Source: Candidatus Heimdallarchaeum endolithica
Lineage (GTDB): Archaea; Asgardarchaeota; Heimdallarchaeia; Heimdallarchaeales; Heimdallarchaeaceae
DNA length: 64,000 bases
NCBI GenBank assembly: GCA_021513715.1
Contig: CP084167.1
Location: 2,784,001-2,848,000 of the forward strand
Direction of reading: 5' to 3'
Shown here: piece after piece, positions 61,703 through 64,000 of the stretch
Position numbering within the stretch: position 1 is the first letter of the stretch
Layout of the letters: each line of letters opens with the position of its first letter
Translations under genes and position numbers: made by a program
The notes under the pieces: generated by a model
What the model saw: only the letters and a program-made list of their open reading frames with translations
Databases searched by the model: none
Told to the model about the DNA's origin: nothing

Positions 61703-62057
61703 ATCAACTTAATTTTTGTACAATATTTTTGTACGCCAATCTTGCTCTCGGAAAGATCTGTCTAGGAGGGAGATCTAAACACTCATTGAGCCAGAGGAGA
61801 AGGTTGAGCACTCCTCCACCGTGGAAACTGGATGAATAAATCCTCTCACACGGGAAAGTTAAGTCGTATTCAACTTTTCTTTGATTTCTTTCTTTATGTG
61901 CATGTTTTTTTTTATCCTGACACGCCGTGCCAGCTTAGAGAGTAAGTATTTTTCTTAACATCTATCTTTTTTTTTCACTCTCTACATTAATAATGTCTTT
62001 TCACTATTTAAACACCAATTTTTTAATTTGACAAAAATGTACAAAAAAGCTCTTCAT
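61703..62057 (-). mobile_element. 355-bp internally deleted derivative of the tnpB element, retaining both ends and the omegaRNA scaffold (61703-61856)
   Basis: About 150 nt match 50571-50726; left end matches 49123-49156 at 26/34 ungapped; tnpB relic GGCACGGCGTG; internal TTTAAATA box at 62005-62012. Confidence 0.85.
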
Positions 62058-62195
62058 GAGTTTCCAATAAAATGATTTTTGTCAATTGTTTTCCACAAAA
62101 TATAGCTGTAGTTTTAAACCCATTTATCTAAACATTTTTAAGAGATTAAAAATGATGAAAATTGTAATCTAATTTAAGCATTTGGAGTTTTTATC

Positions 62196-62507
62196 ATGAC
62201 GAATGAACTAAATGACAAACAAGATGATTTAGAGATTATCTCTGATAAAATCGTTGTAGGACCTGATAGATTAACTCGTTTTGAACGTGCAAGGATAATC
62301 GGCGCAAGGGCCTTACAATTAAGCATGGGCGCTCCAGTTCTTTTAAATTTAGAAAATGCTGATACAAAATCTCCAATTGTAATTGCTGAATTAGAGTTAA
62401 GAGCTAAAATACTTCCAATAAGTATTCGTAGAGAATTTCCAAATAAAACGTATCAAATTATCCCTATTCAAAAACTGAGGGATATTCAAGCAATACGTGA
62501 ACTCTAG
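62196..62507 (+). CDS. rpoK: RNA polymerase subunit Rpo6 (K)
   Basis: LTRFERARIIGARALQLSMGAP. Confidence 0.96.
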   Translation: MTNELNDKQDDLEIISDKIVVGPDRLTRFERARIIGARALQLSMGAPVLLNLENADTKSPIVIAELELRAKILPISIRREFPNKTYQIIPIQKLRDIQAIREL

Positions 62508-62575
62508 TTTCGAATTAGAACTAATCAAAACAAATAAAAAGCTATATTAAAGCAAGCACACAAGAGAGGATAATT

Positions 62576-62881
62576 ATGGTAAAAATACCCACAAAAATGT
62601 CTAAATATTGCCCTAATTGTAAGAAACATGTAGAAATGAAAGTTAAACAAGAGAAGTCAGCTAGAAGAGGAGGAGGATTTGGAGCTACTGCTAGAAAAGA
62701 AAAGATACGAAGACGTGGATATGGAAATCTAGGTAAATATAGTAAAAGGGCAGTAACCCAAACAAAAATGGCATCTAAAACCTCTAAAAAAGTAGACCTT
62801 CGACTTACTTGTCCTGAGTGCAAGAAAGTTTGGGTTTTGAGCTATCCTCGAACTAAAAGAACAGAATTTGTTAAAGTATAA
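62576..62881 (+). CDS. rpl44e: 50S ribosomal protein L44e
   Basis: KIP....YCPNCKKH...K.SKKVDLRLTCPEC. Confidence 0.95.
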   Translation: MVKIPTKMSKYCPNCKKHVEMKVKQEKSARRGGGFGATARKEKIRRRGYGNLGKYSKRAVTQTKMASKTSKKVDLRLTCPECKKVWVLSYPRTKRTEFVKV

Positions 62882-63039
62882 TTTCTATTCTTTAATTATT
62901 CTCTTATTTTTAAGCCATTTTTTATTTTACTATAGTTTTGATTTTCTAAAAATATAAACAATCATTTAGTAATACTTATTATTAATATTGTAGACCGCAA
63001 CAAAACAGAGAATCTTCTGGAAACAGAGGAGGTAAAAAA

Positions 63040-64000
63040 ATGGGTATGCTTTACGAGTATGAAGCTAAGGAATTGTTTAGAAAACACGGGATTCCAACTC
63101 CCGCTAATAAATTATATAAAAATAAAGAAAGTATTGATGATTTTGTAAAAGAAATTAATCAAGAAACATTTATGGCAAAAGGTCAAGCTCTTGCTGGAGG
63201 AAGAGGAAAGGCAGGATTAATAAAGAAAGTTACTGCTGAAGAAGCTGAAAATTACATTAAGAGTATAATTGGTAGAGATCATAAAGGGAAACCAGTTCAG
63301 CAAGTAATGTTAGAAGAACCTATGACAATTGCAAAAGAATATTATCTCGCAATTATGATTAACAATGCAACAGGAAACTACCACGTTCTTTCTTCAAGTA
63401 TGGGTGGTGTTGACATCGAGTCAGTTGCAAAAGAGCATCCTGAAGCGATTTTTAGACAAGATTTACCTATCGATTTTGAACCCTTACCTTATCAATTTGT
63501 GGATTTAGGGAAAAAATTAGGTTTTCAAGGTCGAGTTTTGAATCAATTTACCAGTATTATGGTAAAAATGTTTTCAATGGCAATTAGTGAAGATTTAACT
63601 TTAGTCGAAATTAATCCACTTATTCTAACAGAAGATAACAAACTTATCGCAGCAGATGCTAAAGTCGTTGTAGATAAAAACGCATATTATAGAAACAAGG
63701 ATCTAGCACAATTGAAGTCCCAAGTCGATCAATATACAGAACTTGAACTCGAAGCAACTGAAGCAGGGATATCCTACGTTGAACTTGAGGGAGAAATAGG
63801 TATAATTGCTTGTGGTGCTGGATTATCAATGGCAACTTGTGACCTTTTGGAGTATTATGGTAGTTCTCCTGCAAATTTCCTTGATGTTGGCGGTGGAGCA
63901 GATAGGGAGAAAGTCCATAAAGCTTTAGACATTTTATCTAGAGAAAAAATAAAAGGTATATTTATCAACGTTTTTGGTGGTATAACCCGCTGTGATGAAG
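63040..64000 (+). CDS. sucC: Succinyl-CoA synthetase beta subunit (ATP-grasp), 3'-truncated; not in the ORF track
   Basis: MLYEYEAKELF..HGIP, GGRGKAG, GGVDIE, EINPL, GAGLSMAT.D, PANFLDVGGGA, FGGITRCDE; GAGGAGGT SD. Confidence 0.92.
   Translation, partial: MGMLYEYEAKELFRKHGIPTPANKLYKNKESIDDFVKEINQETFMAKGQALAGGRGKAGLIKKVTAEEAENYIKSIIGRDHKGKPVQQVMLEEPMTIAKEYYLAIMINNATGNYHVLSSSMGGVDIESVAKEHPEAIFRQDLPIDFEPLPYQFVDLGKKLGFQGRVLNQFTSIMVKMFSMAISEDLTLVEINPLILTEDNKLIAADAKVVVDKNAYYRNKDLAQLKSQVDQYTELELEATEAGISYVELEGEIGIIACGAGLSMATCDLLEYYGSSPANFLDVGGGADREKVHKALDILSREKIKGIFINVFGGITRCDE

Overview
AT-rich archaeal chromosomal segment, most likely from an Asgard archaeon (Heimdallarchaeia-like; inferred from gatDE, rpl44e, rpo6, an intron-containing tRNA, three small Rab/Arf-like GTPases and an MFS-longin fusion). 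It holds mostly housekeeping and transport genes: an S8 protease, an ABC exporter pair with PadR, the copZ-copA-copR copper cluster, Pit/DUF47, GatDE, CoaD, MEMO1, a giant Lhr, Ard1, Rpo6, L44e and partial SucC. The strongest signal is a circularly permuted 5S rRNA gene (45749-45928, minus strand). Its 3' half precedes its 5' half, the normal ends are joined by a UUCG loop, and the new ends lie in a perfect 10-bp stem next to a relaxed bulge-helix-bulge whose splicing would give a 121-nt circular 5S with canonical sequence. Other candidates: (1) two DNA amino-methyltransferases beside an HhH-GPD glycosylase-fold protein instead of a restriction nuclease; (2) an intact tnpB element inserted at the MEMO1 start codon, plus a 355-bp mini-copy with a covarying omegaRNA, together predicting a TCAT(GA) TAM; (3) a eukaryote-like A73 tRNA-His; (4) a purine-to-pyrimidine switch along both IS elements. 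All calls come from reading the sequence by eye; no searches were run.
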